Assembly: GCA_964016885.1 (NCBI GenBank)
Contig: OZ024760.1
Coordinates: forward strand, 434,001 to 498,000
DNA length: 64,000 nucleotides
Direction: 5' to 3'
DNA from: Eledone cirrhosa
Lineage: Eukaryota
How positions within the stretch are numbered: position 1 is the first letter of the stretch; each line of letters opens with the position of its first letter. Under the pieces are notes generated by a model. That model made no database searches. It was given only the letters and a program-made list of their open reading frames with translations, and was not told where the DNA came from. Shown here piece by piece: positions 1 through 12,956 of this stretch. The translations under genes and the position numbers were made by a program.

Positions 1-7
1 TATATAT

Positions 8-205
8 ATAGGAACAAGTAGGACCCCGACGGCTGAGCTCAAGCCGTTTCGTCGACTAATTCTGGACTAAAATTTTAGTCCAGAATTAGACGTCTAAACG
101 GCTTGAGCACAGCCGTCGGGGTCCTACTTGTTCCTATTACCCACTCTACTACTCTAAGTATTGAGTACTTTGGTGCGTTATGGTCCATCTGGTTCCTTAC
201 CACAT
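8..205. mobile_element. Short (TA)n-inserted element, family A, head-to-head inversion carrying the 3' half of a hammerhead motif
   Basis: 8-70 is the reverse complement of about 75-136. The arms read GAAACGGC-loop-GCCGTC^GGGGTC (stem III plus GUC site). Flanked by (TA)n. Same family at 541-686, 8010-8112, 22361-22470, 30069-30120, 41481-41596, 44690-44752. Confidence 0.75.
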
Positions 206-213
206 TTCCTTCG

Positions 214-307
<94 letters not shown>

Positions 308-402
308 TTATCCTCCCCTACTTTTGCTCTTTACTCTCTTTACTCTTTGTTCTTGAATGTTTGGTTGGTAGAGTCCATAACACCAATCAAACCCCTTTTA
401 TA

Positions 403-447
403 GCTCTGACGAATCCTACAGTTACGTAAGGAAGAAACATTGTAAGC
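403..447 (+). ncRNA. Type I hammerhead ribozyme motif
   Basis: GCT-CTGACGA-A-TCCT..AGGA-A-GAAA-CATTG-TA^AGC: stem I GCU/AGC, core CUGACGA, stem II, GAAA, near-palindromic ACAUUGU, GUA triplet. Lies in a ~190-bp insert between (TA)n tracts. Confidence 0.7.
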
Positions 448-540
448 CAATAAAAATCTTTTGATGTTGTAGACGCTCTTGTGTTCTTTATCATATATAT
501 ATATATATATTTATATATATACATATATATATATATATAT

Positions 541-686
541 AACAAAGAATTGTGGTAAGGAACCAAATGGACCATAACGCACCAGAGTACTCAATACTTA
601 GGGTAGTAGAGTGGGAAATAGGACTAGTCCAGAAATAGCCGTCGAAACGGCTTAAGTTCTGCCGTCGGGGTCATACTTCTTCCTAT
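541..686. mobile_element. Family A element copy (inverted junction, hammerhead 3' half)
   Basis: 541-622 is the reverse complement of 131-205, followed by CGAAACGGCTTAAGTTCTGCCGTCGGGGTC, between (TA)n tracts. Confidence 0.7.
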
Positions 687-759
687 ATATATATAGAACA
701 TGCACTCTCTACTATTGAAGATCGATGCAAGCCATAATTGTTTATGTACGTGTGTATGT

Positions 760-1075
760 AAATATATATATATATATATGAATGTATGTATATATGTATG
801 TATATATGTATGTATATATGTATCTATTTGTATATATTTATGTATATGTATGTATTTATATATATGTATATATATATATAGGTGTGTGTGTATATATATG
901 TATATGTTTATATATATGTATATATATCTATATAAGTATATATATATTTATGTGTATATCTATGCATATATTAATATATATGTATATATATATATGTATC
1001 TATATATATATGTATATATATATATTTTTGTGCAGAAATATATGTATGTGTAGATATATATGTATATATGTATGA

Positions 1076-1147
<72 letters not shown>

Positions 1148-1839
1148 CATACACATACAAACATTCTACATCTAAAAATATTGAGCCCTTTAATTCCGTA
1201 TTATGGGGAAAATACACAAGAATATCTGTGTGTGTATGTATATTTGAGGATATGCTTAAGTTTGCTTATGTGTGTGTATGCATGTGTTTGTGTATGTGTA
1301 TGTATGTATTTGTGTATGTGCATGTTTTTGTGGATATGCTTAACTTTCCTTGTGTGTGTATGTATATATGGATGTGTCTCTCTGTGTGTGTGTCTGTATA
1401 TATCTGTGTGTTTGTGGATATGCTTAACTTTGGTTGTGTATGTGTATGTGTATGTGTATGTATGTGTATGTGTATGTATGTCTGTGTGTCTGTGTGTGTG
1501 TGTGAGTCTGTGTGTGTGTAACTTAAGAAATTTTAGAATTTCCTGTCTTCTGACAAAGATGGCGTAATCCGGATACAGCAAATGCATATAGATATATTGT
1601 TACCGTTCCAGCTACTATTGTTGTTGTTGTTATTGTTGTTGCTGCTGGTGTTGTTGTTGTTGTTGTTGTTGTTGTTGAACTTATTGTTCTTCATGTTGTT
1701 GTTGGAGCTTTTCAGTTTGTTATTGTTGGTGTCGTTTCTATATTTAATATTGGTACTCCTGTGTGTTCCAGTGTGCACAAAAAAGTTGTTTATACGCCCG
1801 TGCGTGTACAAGTGTATATGTATGTATATATGTGTGTAG

Positions 1840-1908
<69 letters not shown>

Positions 1909-2142
1909 TCTGTGTGTATATATATATATGCATATCTTTATATATCTATATATATATTTATATACTTTCATATATATATATATGCACATATATATATATA
2001 AATATATAGATATATATGCACATATATATGTAAATATATATATATATATATATATATAAATATATAAATGCACATATATATGTAAATATATATGTGCATT
2101 TATATGTGCATTTATATATATATATAAATGCTCATATATATG

Positions 2143-2189
<47 letters not shown>

Positions 2190-2261
2190 GCACATATATA
2201 TATATGCACATATATATGCATATATATATAAATGCACATATATATATGCACATATATATGC

Positions 2262-2292
<31 letters not shown>

Positions 2293-2343
2293 CATATATG
2301 CATATCTCTCTCTCTATATATATATACACACACGCTATACAGA

Positions 2344-2389
<46 letters not shown>

Positions 2390-2834
2390 CAACAAGAGCG
2401 GAACTATGAATATTTCTCAACAGGAAGAAACACCGGCAACAACAACAACAACAACACTGGGGCAAAACAACAGTTACAGCAACAACACATTCACGCCCAT
2501 TACCACCACCACCTCCACCTCCACCTCCACCACCTCCACCACCACCACCAGCACCTCCACCAGCACCTACACCACCACCACCACCACCACCAGCACCTAC
2601 ACCACCACCTCATACACTATCACCACCACCTACACTACTACTACTACCATCACCACCACCACCTAACCCACCACCGTTACCACCTCCACCATCACCAGCA
2701 CCACCACCACCACCTACACCACCACCTCCACCTCCACCAGCACCTACACCACCATCACCACCACAACCAGCACCTACCCACCACCACCTACACCATCACC
2801 GTTACCACCACCACCATCACCACCACTCCAACCC

Positions 2835-2900
<66 letters not shown>
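760..2900. repeat. Compound microsatellite field: (TA)n, (TG)n, (TTG)n, (CCA)n, (CTA)n
   Basis: Seen directly; explains the YI/CV/T-rich ORFs in the track. Confidence 0.95.
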
Positions 2901-2901
<1 letters not shown>

Positions 2902-3160
2902 GACTATAACTTACATTTGTGGAATGCAGTATCATTAAGATACAAATTTCCCATCGGGACTATTAGAAAATGAGAAAAAAATAATAATAAACTTTAGTAA
3001 TAACAACAATAACGACAGCAATAACAATAACAATAACATCAGCAACAACAGCAACAGTAGCAACAATATATTAATATGTAGAACGATATTTCTACAGCAG
3101 TTGCTGATACCTTTTTTTTTTATGTATGTATGTATGTGTGTATGTATGTGCGTATGTGTG

Positions 3161-3196
<36 letters not shown>

Positions 3197-3222
3197 TGTA
3201 TGTATGAATGTATGTATGTATG

Positions 3223-6200
3223 TTGTTATTTCTTTCTCTTAATTTCGAGTATTTTTTTTTTTGACCGGCCACCTTCCTGGTGGCAAGGTTGTAAAAGAAA
3301 AGAAATTGTCATCCCTTGAATCGCAAGAATGTTTTGCAACTTTTGAAGGTGCCAGCTATCGCAGCCATTTGCAGACTATGAATTAGGGAGCTGCGCTTTT
3401 TGACCGCAAATCCAAGTTCAGTCATACTTTGGTCCAAGCGGGTTGGTATATAACCCGTAGCACCAATAATGATGGGTATGAAGCTAAAGGTGTATCTTGG
3501 ATACTGGATTTGTAAACTCCTCATCAATGGTCCGTAGATGTCCTCCTTCTCCTGTATTTTTCTGACAACGTTTACATCAAGTGGGCAGCTGATCTCCACA
3601 ACAGAACACGTTTTCAATGTGTGGTCCCAAACTACAATATCAGGCCGGTTGTGCTTTAAGTTGGTGGCAGTTTTTATTTTCAGGTTCCACCAGTATTCCT
3701 TAGTGCCATCTGTCTCAATATATTCTTCCTCGTTTGTTGTTAATTTTGTTTTCCGAAGTGCATTCCAGATGGTTCTAGCTATCCCATCGTGTCTCATGGG
3801 GAGGTAGTAGCGAGATGACATTCTTTCGCAGCTGGCAACAATGTGGCTTACATCCTCGATCTTTGTTTTACATAGCCTACATTTATTGTCAGCTGCTGGC
3901 CCTCCTCTTTTGTGCAGCAGATATTTGGTAGGGAGTTCTTGTTCCTGTATTGCATAGAGATATCCCTCAAGGTGTGATGTGATAAACTTGTCGGAACTCC
4001 ATGCCAGGCTTTTGAGTGGTTTATCCCCTCTATGGTCTGTGTTTTACGTCTCAAGTATCCATGCACAACTTTTTCTGTAAATTGGTCAATTTTTTTATCT
4101 TGTTTGAACATTGAATAGGATCTTCTGATTTCTCTGGGTGAGAGATTTATATCAGGCTTTATTCCATATCTCTCCTCCAGATCAGTCGCTATTTTAATGA
4201 TATTTTTTTTTCATGCTCATAAACCTGGGCAAGATGGTTGCCAACCTTTTTCCTCTGTTGAAGGTGTTGCTTCAGTGTTACTATCCGGGTCTCATATGTT
4301 GTTAATATTGATTTTAGATCCCGGCCACCTTCCTTGCGTGAGAAGTATAGCCTATCCACATCACCATTGATGTTAAAGTTCCCAGTAACACTGAGAAGTT
4401 TTCGAGTTCTAACATCCATCTCACTTAGTTCTTGCAATGACCAGTTCAGCAGGCCAAATGTTGGTGTTAGAATTGGCACAGCATAAGTATTGTGGGCAAT
4501 GTATTTGTTGTACGCTGACAGTTCTGATGACCATATTTTCTTTACTCTTCTGAGGTATTCAGTTCTGGTTCTCTCTTATTTATGGGTCCATCATATCTGA
4601 CATTCTCATCCTGTCCAAGATATCTGTAGTTGTCACCTGACTGTAGAGGTTGTATTGTCTGGCCGTTCATCTCTAGATTTCTAGAGGAGGGCACAGCTTT
4701 TCCACGTTTTACTGCCAAATATGCACACTTGGACTCACCAAATTTCATGTTGATGTCGGTTGAAAATTGTGTAATGAGATCATTGATGTCATTGATATTT
4801 GGCCCATACAACTTCAGGTCATCAACAAAGAAAGATACTTCTGGACCCACTTCTTTGTCCACCTTGTTTCCTGAGTAGGTAAGATAGTGGATTCAGTGAG
4901 AGAACGAAGAGTAACACTGACAAGCTATCACCCTGAAAGATGCCCTTCTGGTAATGTATCTTATCAGTCTTAACTTGCTCCTTCTCACCTCTAAGGATCA
5001 AATTGGTGTACCAGTTCTTGGTCAGGCGTTCAACAGCAGCTACCAATGTTTGTGGGACTTTGGCTAACTGTAAAGCCTTCATAATCCACCTATGAGGTAC
5101 ACTATCAAATGCTTTTTGATAGTCTAGCCACACCACAGTCATGTTTCTGCGATTCTTTGTTGTTTTTTCCTGAATCATTTTATTAGTTATTAGATCTATG
5201 CAACCCCACACCTCCCTCTTTCCACCAGCTTGCTCAGGTGTTATGATGTTGTTGGTAGCACAGTGATCCTGTAAGAACAGGTTAAGGCACCCAGTATATA
5301 ATTTATACATGATGTTTTGGCAGGCTATTGGGCGGTAATTTTTAGCAAGGGTGGTTTGGCTATTTTGGGGAATGAGGAGAGTAGTGGCAGTTGATAACCA
5401 TCTGGGCAGTTCTTGTGTGCCTTTAATGGTTTCTGTAAACAGCCGTATGAGATATTGCCGATAGAAAGTGAAATTCTTCAACCAGTATCCTGTAATGAGG
5501 TCTGGGCCTGGCGATTTCCTATTCGACATTTTCTGTAGAGCTGTTTCCAGTATTGACCCATCTATGTCATATTGTTTTGTCTGGACATGTTCGCAGTAGT
5601 CCTGTTCCAGTTCTTTTAGTCAATTAGTTTGTCTGTTGAATCCGTCATCCGTTTCCCATACATATCTCCAGTAGCTCTCAACCTGTTCTTTTGAAGGGGT
5701 GTCATTTACAGGGATTGAGATTTTGCCACCGAAGCTGCGATAAACTGATTTAGGATCTCTGGCAAACAATCTATTTAGCACTTGTCGTTTATGTGCTGTT
5801 GACTTATATTTTAGTCTTTCTGTTGTAGCTGTGCGTTGTTGTTTCAACTGGTGTAATTTGGAGTTCATAGTTTTAAATTTTGTATCTCCAAATCGTCTCT
5901 CTAACTTTTATTTTTAGGTCTTCCTGGTGTCGTGTGAAGTTGCTCTCTATGTTGCATTTCATAACGACTGCGATGTGTGAGATACTTCGTCTCAGGGACA
6001 AAATTATGGTTTTTAAATTTCGCATCCACGCTGGTTCAGGCTTTCTGTTTGTATCTTGATTGCGTGGTTTTAGATGTGTGTTATATGATAGCAATGTGAC
6101 AGCTGAAACATATAACAAAATATTAAGTGTTTCAAATGTCGTTTCTACACCTTTAGATCGTATAGCCTTCAGATAATTGCCAGCTATTTCGTTCACCGCT

Positions 6201-6282
6201 TCCAATTCCAATTTAGTGGGTTCTTTACTGATTCTGGTATTGTATGGTCTGTCGCTCACATTAAGGCTGTGTATCTCTTGAG
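3223..6282 (-). mobile_element. R4/Dong-like non-LTR retrotransposon (RT + CCHC + restriction-like endonuclease), 5'-truncated and decayed
   Basis: Minus-strand fragments contain KSPGPD, NYRPIAC, WLDYQKAFDSVPH, GIFQGDSLS, FFVDDLKLY (RT), CRLC..H...C-RHD (zinc knuckle) and KHNRPDIVVWD..VVEISCP (RLE). (CATA)n on both sides. Confidence 0.9.
3309..6259 (-). pseudogene. Frameshifted RT-RLE polyprotein of the R4/Dong-like element
   Basis: Collinear ORF pieces 5873-6259, 5620-5868, 4822-5529, 4542-4862, 4189-4479, 3848-4111 and 3309-3821 in changing frames. Confidence 0.9.
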
Positions 6283-6357
6283 ATGTATGTATGTATGTAT
6301 GTATGTATGTATGTATGTATGTATGTATGTATGTATGTATGTATGTATGTATGTATG

Positions 6358-7400
6358 TTCTTCTGGTTTTATCATTTTATAAATTTTTACCAATAGAGAG
6401 AGAGTCGGTTTTTAACAGATACAAGACTTGCTCATAGGGATTTATACAACATCAACTAGGTAGATATGTATGCATGTCTACATGCATGTGTATGTGTGTA
6501 GGTATGGATGTTAATGTATGTGTGGATGTGGATATTTTGAGTTATGTATGTGTGCATGTGTATATGCTTTGTATTTGTACATGTGTACATGCAGTTATTA
6601 CATGAAGAATATTAAGAATGTTTTACATATTTTTTACTGTTCCGTTAATGGATTGGACTTGTAATTTCCTAACTAGTCGTGTTCTTTCTGTTTCTGTGAA
6701 GCCCGGCTTCTCAAGATTTGTACCGGGGCAGTTACTGACATAGCTTAGTGCCCCAATAATCACAGGCCTAAATCTGAAGGTTTATTCAGTGTGGAGTATC
6801 TGCAGATTTGTCGTTAGTTCTGTATAGATAGTCTCCTTTTCGCTAATATTATATTGACATCTGCTACGGGGTCGATAAAATAAAGTACCAGTAATGCACT
6901 GGGTAATTGCTGGCCTTGTGCCTAAAGTAGAAACAATTATATTGGCATCTGCTAGGCAGCTAACTTCCACTACTGTGCATGCCTTCTTTTCCTTGTCCCA
7001 TATCATTATATCTGGTCTGTTATGCTTACATTTTATTGAGGTTTTGACTGGAACATTCCACCAGTACTCTTTTATATTATGTGTGTGTATATCTTCCACA
7101 TTGCTGTAGCTTTTAATGTGTTTATCATCGGGGCTATCTTTTCTACGGATTGCATTATACAGTGTTTTCGCCACTACATCATGCCTCATAGGTAGATAGT
7201 ACCGTGATGACATCTTTGAACAGCTGCTTATGACATGGGTGACATCTTTAATGTTAATTCTGCAGAGTCTGTATCTGTTGTCACATCTAGGTGGTTTGCT
7301 TGCATCCCTACCTCTTTTGTATTGATTTCTTGTTCTTGTATTGCAAAGGCATATCCTTCAAAGTGGGATCCAATATAGCGGTTGTTGGTCCAAGATAGAC
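6358..7400 (-). mobile_element. Second R4/Dong-like family, 3' fragment (CCHC + RLE + 3' UTR), interrupted by a SINE
   Basis: MSSRYYLPMRHD..KEYWWN..KHNRPDIMIWD..VVEVSC is homologous to 3309-3821. The 3' end abuts (CATA)n at 6283-6357. Confidence 0.85.
6867..6935 (+). mobile_element. 5'-truncated Nin-type SINE with a 19-bp target site duplication
   Basis: GGGGTCGATAAAATAAAGTACCAG..GGCCTTGTGCCT..TAGAAAC flanked by ATTATATTG(A/G)CATCTGCTA at 6848-6866 and 6936-6954. Confidence 0.85.
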
Positions 7401-7539
7401 TACTTTGCTTATCTATATTATCTCACTCTATGTATGTATGTATTATTATTATTGTTGTTTATTATTTTTATTTATTTTTTTCATTCAATGGCCATACTCG
7501 ATAACGATGGGGCAGCCATCATGTATGTATGTATGTCAG

Positions 7540-7860
7540 GTCTCTCTTCGACGCTAGTGGTAACATGTAACCAAGTACAACCTGTGCATGGTCGGGTCGT
7601 CGGCAACTAAACTGGCAACCCTACCAAGCTTGCTTGGTGAGGAGGATGAATTTGGGCGCCCTGCGGGATGAAAAACAAAACCCGTCAAAGGGCGGGGGAA
7701 CGCAAGAGAGTCAATTGCAATCCAATTAAGTTTTTTTTTTTTTGTGGAGCGAGAGACTCCTAGTCTTCATTAAGACATCTCTCTGGGAGAAGGCCACTCT
7801 GAAACAAAACCTGCGACTTCGTTTGTTTCCAATGATATAAACCAGTTCTAATTTTGGGCG
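7540..7860 (+). repeat. Dispersed repeat, probably a LINE 5' region
   Basis: Similar sequence (CTTGGTGAGGAGG..AAAAACAAAACC..AAAGGG.GG.GAAC) recurs at ~18420-18560 (+) and ~45640-45915 (-). Confidence 0.6.
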
Positions 7861-8230
7861 ACTAAACTAAAACTAACTCACAGCCACTTTTCTACGAAGA
7901 AAATAAATATTTTCATTTTCTATTAATTAGTATTGAATGGCCATTCAATTAATGTTTGAATGCTTTAAAAGTACAGTATTTGATACATACACTTTATATA
8001 TATATATATAACGAAGGAAATGTGGTAAGGAACCAGGTGGACCATAACGCACCAAAGTACTCAATACTTAGGGAAGTAGAGTGGGTAATAGGAACAAGTA
8101 AGACCCCGACGGGGAAGCAAACATATCTATATATATATATACTGAAGTAAAAGTTAAGTGTAAATATCCAAGAGTAAGAGTACTCAATCCATAGGACGAG
8201 TTTAGTATAAATAATTACAACAGTGACATA

Positions 8231-8282
8231 AACAGGTACTTAAGTTTCGTTGGGTTCTGGGCCCCAATCCATTCAGCCTGTC
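8231..8282 (-). ncRNA. Hammerhead motif, family B (expanded core), inverted arm
   Basis: Reverse complement: GACAGG-CTGAATGG-ATTGGG..CCCAAC-GAAA-CTTAAG-TA^CCTGTT, with palindromic ACUUAAGU stem III. Confidence 0.6.
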
Positions 8283-8294
8283 ATGAGAAAAATA

Positions 8295-8346
8295 GACAGG
8301 CTGAATGAATTGAGGCCCAGAATCCAACGAAACTTGAGTACCTGTT
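8295..8346 (+). ncRNA. Hammerhead motif, family B (core CUGAAUGA)
   Basis: GACAGG-CTGAATGA-ATTG..CAAC-GAAA-CTTGAG-TA^CCTGTT; 6-bp stem I; head-to-head with 8231-8282. Confidence 0.65.
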
Positions 8347-8403
8347 TATGTCACTGTTGTATTTATATATATATGATATGTATAAATATAGATATAATTT
8401 GTA

Positions 8404-8449
<46 letters not shown>

Positions 8450-9809
8450 AATTATATATATATATATATATACAAATTATATATATATATATATATATAT
8501 AGTGCGTGTGAAGGCAGTTGGCGTGTTAATGCACCCTGCATTAAGTAAGTTAACACCTAACTCGATATAAGGGAAGTGTTGACTCTCAGCAGACTAACTC
8601 GACAAGCTATAGCGAAGAAACGACGACGAGCAATTGAGACAGATATGTGTCTGGTGGTATGTGATGATGGTGGTGGTGGTGGTGGTGTGTAATGGTGTGT
8701 ATAGGGTGAGGTGACATGAATGAGGCGGCGGCGGAGGAGGGGGGGGGTGCTGGTGGAGGAAATATTCGAAAACAAATAAATAAATAAATCTGCAGTGTTA
8801 GCATAAAAAAGTATATATAAAATATTACAAAAATAAAAAATAATAATAATAATAATGATAATAAATAAAGGAATAAAAGAAAAGAAACAAAGTAAAAAAG
8901 CACAGCTTGATAACGCCATATTGACTAAAGTGAAGACGGAAGTGGCCGAGTAGCAACAACAAACGTTGAAGATGTGCGTAAACCGATGAAGCATTTCTTG
9001 CTGGTTCAAAATGGCGCCCAACTGTTTGGTGGCGTCTGAAAACTTTGTGTTGAGAAGAAGGCTGCACACATCGGCTGCTTTAGAATGCCAGACGTTCAAT
9101 GGCCGTCATTTCATTTCGCTATTTCTCTATATCATATCATATCATTTCGTTGATTTGCCACAGGGGTAGCGGATGAAAGGGACATTACTTTAGAAAGGCA
9201 GGTTACAACATAAAGTGTTCGTAGACATTAGGGAAAAAATGGATGAAGTTGGTTCGTTCTGTGTTGGCTTGTAGCAGTCTTCGTCTGTAGTTTCATGTCG
9301 CTTAATGGGCTTCATTAAGAAACATTTTTTTCTTTCAGGTCGGATTTAATTGCTTCTCTCTGTTGTTTGTTCCCTTTATTCCAATGGTTACCAAACCTTT
9401 TTTTTTCTCACGGCGCAATTTTGAAAAAGTTAAAATATGCTGACGCACTTTGTACCATGAATTTGAAAATTTGCACAAAAGAGTTTTTCATACATATTAA
9501 CATAACATAGACTTAGGCCCATTCCCCCTGGCCAACTCTCCCACCCATGCCTAGACTTTTTACAAATTAATATAAATTCTTAAGAAATTTAAAACACAAA
9601 ATTTAACAACGCATCTAACATAATTAACCAAAATAAACTCACAAACCACCTCTCATTCTTAACAGAGTTGACAGATTGTGCTATTTTTTCACAAATCTTA
9701 CTAAACTTTACTTGTTTGCCACTTTGAGAGTTATATATCAGATGACCGTGTCTTGTTCATACAGAACTGTTTTATGTTTCTACGGCCCGATGAGCCTTTC
9801 TAATGCCAA

Positions 9810-10025
9810 CCACATTTACAGTGTGGACTGAGTGCCTTTTATCGTGGCACCTAAACGACCACTTTACTGTGTGGACTGGGCACTGTTTGCCTTATTACCA
9901 ACACGACCCCTCCACAGTGTGGACTATGCACTTTTTACTATGGCACTAACACGCCCACTTTGCAGTGTGGACCAGGCGCTTTATGTCCTGGCAACAAAAC
10001 GACCACTTTACACTGTAGAATGGGG
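9810..10025. repeat. Degenerate ~40-bp tandem repeat
   Basis: About five copies of CCAC(T/C)TT(A/G)CAGTGTGGAC-like units. Confidence 0.75.
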
Positions 10026-10348
10026 TTGTTTTGGTATGTAGTCATATTAACTCGGCTATTTATTGGCTTGGCATATGACTTCACTTCTTTCTTTCTCAGG
10101 TTTGTCGGTTTGTAGGTTTATTAAGCGGGTATAAGTTTCGCATAAATTAATGGCCGGTTGTAGGTAGGGTCTCGGTTGGGTTGTGTCTGTTCAGGTTCTG
10201 ATTGTTGAGCGTGGGGCTAGTGTCAGTGTGTGTCTATATGCCGGGTCAGGTTTGTAATGGAACTTTTGGTCGATGGTAGTTCCTAAAGGTTGTACTGGTT
10301 ATGCGAAAGCTCCATAACATTTACGTAATGTGGTCATAGTCACTGACG

Positions 10349-10384
<36 letters not shown>

Positions 10385-10385
<1 letters not shown>

Positions 10386-10445
10386 GGGCGGCGGATTGGC
10401 AGTATCGGTAGAGCGTCAGACACCATGCTTTGCAGTATAAAGTTA
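10385..10445 (+). mobile_element. SINE tRNA-like head fragment
   Basis: GGCGGCGGATTGGCAGTATCGGTAGAGCGTCAGACACCATGCTTTGCAG matches the heads at 31655 and 52030; preceded by (TTA)n. Confidence 0.75.
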
Positions 10446-10658
10446 AAGCACTTTTCACACACATTACACACACACACACACACACACACATTACACACAC
10501 ACACACACATACATACACATTACACACACACACACACATTCTTCAAGATGGCTGACTGAATACACATGTGTATGTGCTCCCCAATTCTTTTCTCATTTTC
10601 CCCGTTCCTTCCTCTCATCACTCTTTACTTTCTATTTATCTTCTATTCCTAACTCTAC

Positions 10659-10692
10659 CTTCTGATGAAGGACTAGTGTTCGAAACATTAAG
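10659..10692 (+). ncRNA. Minimal Penelope-type hammerhead motif, family D (degenerate stem III)
   Basis: CTT-CTGATGA-A-GGAC-TAGT-GTTC-GAAAC-ATT^AAG, within a (CA)n-flanked insert (10540-10780) homologous to 33765-33990. Confidence 0.7.
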
Positions 10693-11140
10693 ACTCTCTT
10701 CCTGCTATTTCAAGTGTTAAACTAATATATTTCTTCCATGTACTGTGTTGTTTGTTTTATTATATTTGTTATTCCTTTTCCATACACGCACACACATACA
10801 CACACACACACATATATATATATACATACATATATATATATATATATACATACATTTATATAGATATAAATAGATATATATATATAGATATATATATACA
10901 TATATATAGATATATATACATATACATACATATAAATATATATACATATATATACATATAAATATATATACATATATATACATATAAATATATATACATA
11001 TATATATACATACATATATATATATACATATATATATAGGTGTGGATATACCCCAATCACAGACATTTTATCAGGTATAAATCAATGCTATAATCTAACC
11101 ACTTGCCTACTCTTGGATGAAAAAGATTTATTTTAATACC

Positions 11141-11374
11141 TTCTTCTTCTTCTTCTTCTTCTTCTTCTTCTTCTTCTTCTTCTTCTTCTTCTTCTTCTTC
11201 TTCTTCTTCTTCTTCTTCTTCTTCTTCTTCTTCTTCTTCTTCTTCTTCTTCTTTTTCTTTTTCTTCTTCTTCGTCTTCTTCTTCTTCTTCTTCTTCTTCT
11301 TCTTCTTCTTCTTCTTCTTCTTCTTCTTCTTCTTCTTCTTCTTCTTCTTCTTCTTCTTCTTCTTCTTCTTCTTC
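11141..11374. repeat. (TTC)n microsatellite, ~78 units
   Basis: Seen directly; nearly pure. Confidence 0.98.
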
Positions 11375-11435
11375 TACGACACCTTTATCTCAACCTTCTA
11401 AACATAGACTGCAATGTACTGTAAGAATTTAGGTT

Positions 11436-11502
11436 GGTATGGTGGCTGAGTGGTTAAGAGGTTCGCTAGCCACCATGACGTTGTGGGTTCGATCTCACTA
11501 AG
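11436..11502 (+). mobile_element. tRNA-derived SINE head (second family)
   Basis: A box TGGCTGAGTGG and B box GGTTCGATCTC; no complete cloverleaf. Confidence 0.55.
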
Positions 11503-11739
11503 TGTCAAAGTATGTATATGCCAATAGATTTAACCTTGGGTAGATGGGGAACTACATAACTTTATTCTCTTATTCTTTCATTGCTTAGCATGGCCGCGGC
11601 CAGTCGCCTGGAACACGTAATAGAGTACTAGAGTAACTATGTTGGGTACCATCCACAACTTCGGTTGGTTTCGCTTGGATATCAAGCCAGACCCTTCTTA
11701 TAGGATCCTCTGCTCCCATGTTTCTCGTAAGAGTAGTAA

Positions 11740-12250
11740 TGGCGGTTTCTACTATAGGCACAAGGCACAATTTGGGGAGAGGGGAAAGTCGATTAGATCG
11801 ACCCCAGTTCATTACTGGTGTTTTATTCTATCGACCCCGTAAAGCTGAAAGGCAAAAGTAATAATGGTTTCTAATTTAGGCACAAGGCGTGCAGAGAGTT
11901 CTCAGTACTTGAATAATACTTTATTGTATCGACCCCAGAAGAATGAAAAGCAAAGTTGAACTCAGGGAGATTTGAATTTCGTCTGACGTTCTAAGGATTC
12001 TGCCACTGCCCTCACCGTAAAAACAAAATAATGGTTTCTGATTTGGGCACAAATCCAACAATATTAGGGGAGGGTAAAGTCAATTAACTCGACCCCAGTG
12101 CGTTACTGGTGCTTTATTTTATCGACCCCGTAAGGATGAAAGGCAAAGTTAACCTCGACAGGATTTGAACTCAGAGCGTAAAGGGCTATAACTATATGTC
12201 GCAAAGCATGTTATCCGACGCTCTACAGAACTGTCAATCCGCTGTCCTGA
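11740..12250 (-). mobile_element. Three tandem Nin-domain tRNA-SINE copies
   Basis: Repeated TTTTATCGACCCC..GAAAGGCAAAG..GATTTGAAC (B box) with (TAA)n tails. Confidence 0.85.
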
Positions 12251-12956
12251 TTTCTACTACTAGAAGACTTTGTATTTTGAAGACTCACTGTTATATATTG
12301 GAGGTGCATCACACCACTCTATCCATTGAGTACTCACATCAGCACTACGTGGAATTCTAAGCCTGTTACATACCCTGCCAGAATAGATTACTCATAAAGA
12401 CATAGATGTTATTTTAAAAGCAGCTCTATTTTTACAGAATTCCTTTGATATTTGATGATGTTGAGCACTCTGTGACCTCTGTAAATAGCTGCTAGACTTC
12501 TTCTGAAATGTATAAATAACACATATATAAACCCACTCACAAATACGTCTACACACAGATACACAAACACACACACAGATTATATATTCACACACACACA
12601 CATATATATGTATATATATATATAGAGAGAGAGAGACCTTTTCTTGCGTGTATTGCGCGCTTCCATTTATAATTCACACACATTTTGGACCAGAAAATGT
12701 CTGGAAAAAGCCTGGTGAGGGTGTATAGCGCGCACACCCAAATCAAACAAAGAAAAACGTGAAAAGAAACTGCTCGGTATACACGGAAGAATAAGGTATG
12801 TATATTGTCTGATGACTCTCAGAAGACACAGGTGGCACTCCAGACTATGACGAGACTACATGATAGCATGTGTTCAACAGAAGCTCTCAAGTCTGCAATG
12901 CAGCGACACTGAGTTATTGCATGGAGAACGGTTTCGTCGCACTGAATGCATCTCGG

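Noticed and set aside
10290-10350. GAAAGCTC and CTGACGA near each other
   Set aside because: No coherent stems; at best a heavily decayed remnant.
11436-11502. tRNA gene
   Set aside because: A and B boxes are present but there is no acceptor stem; better explained as a SINE head.
12809-12830. CTGATGA as a hammerhead core
   Set aside because: No stem II followed by GAAA and no NUH/stem I partner.
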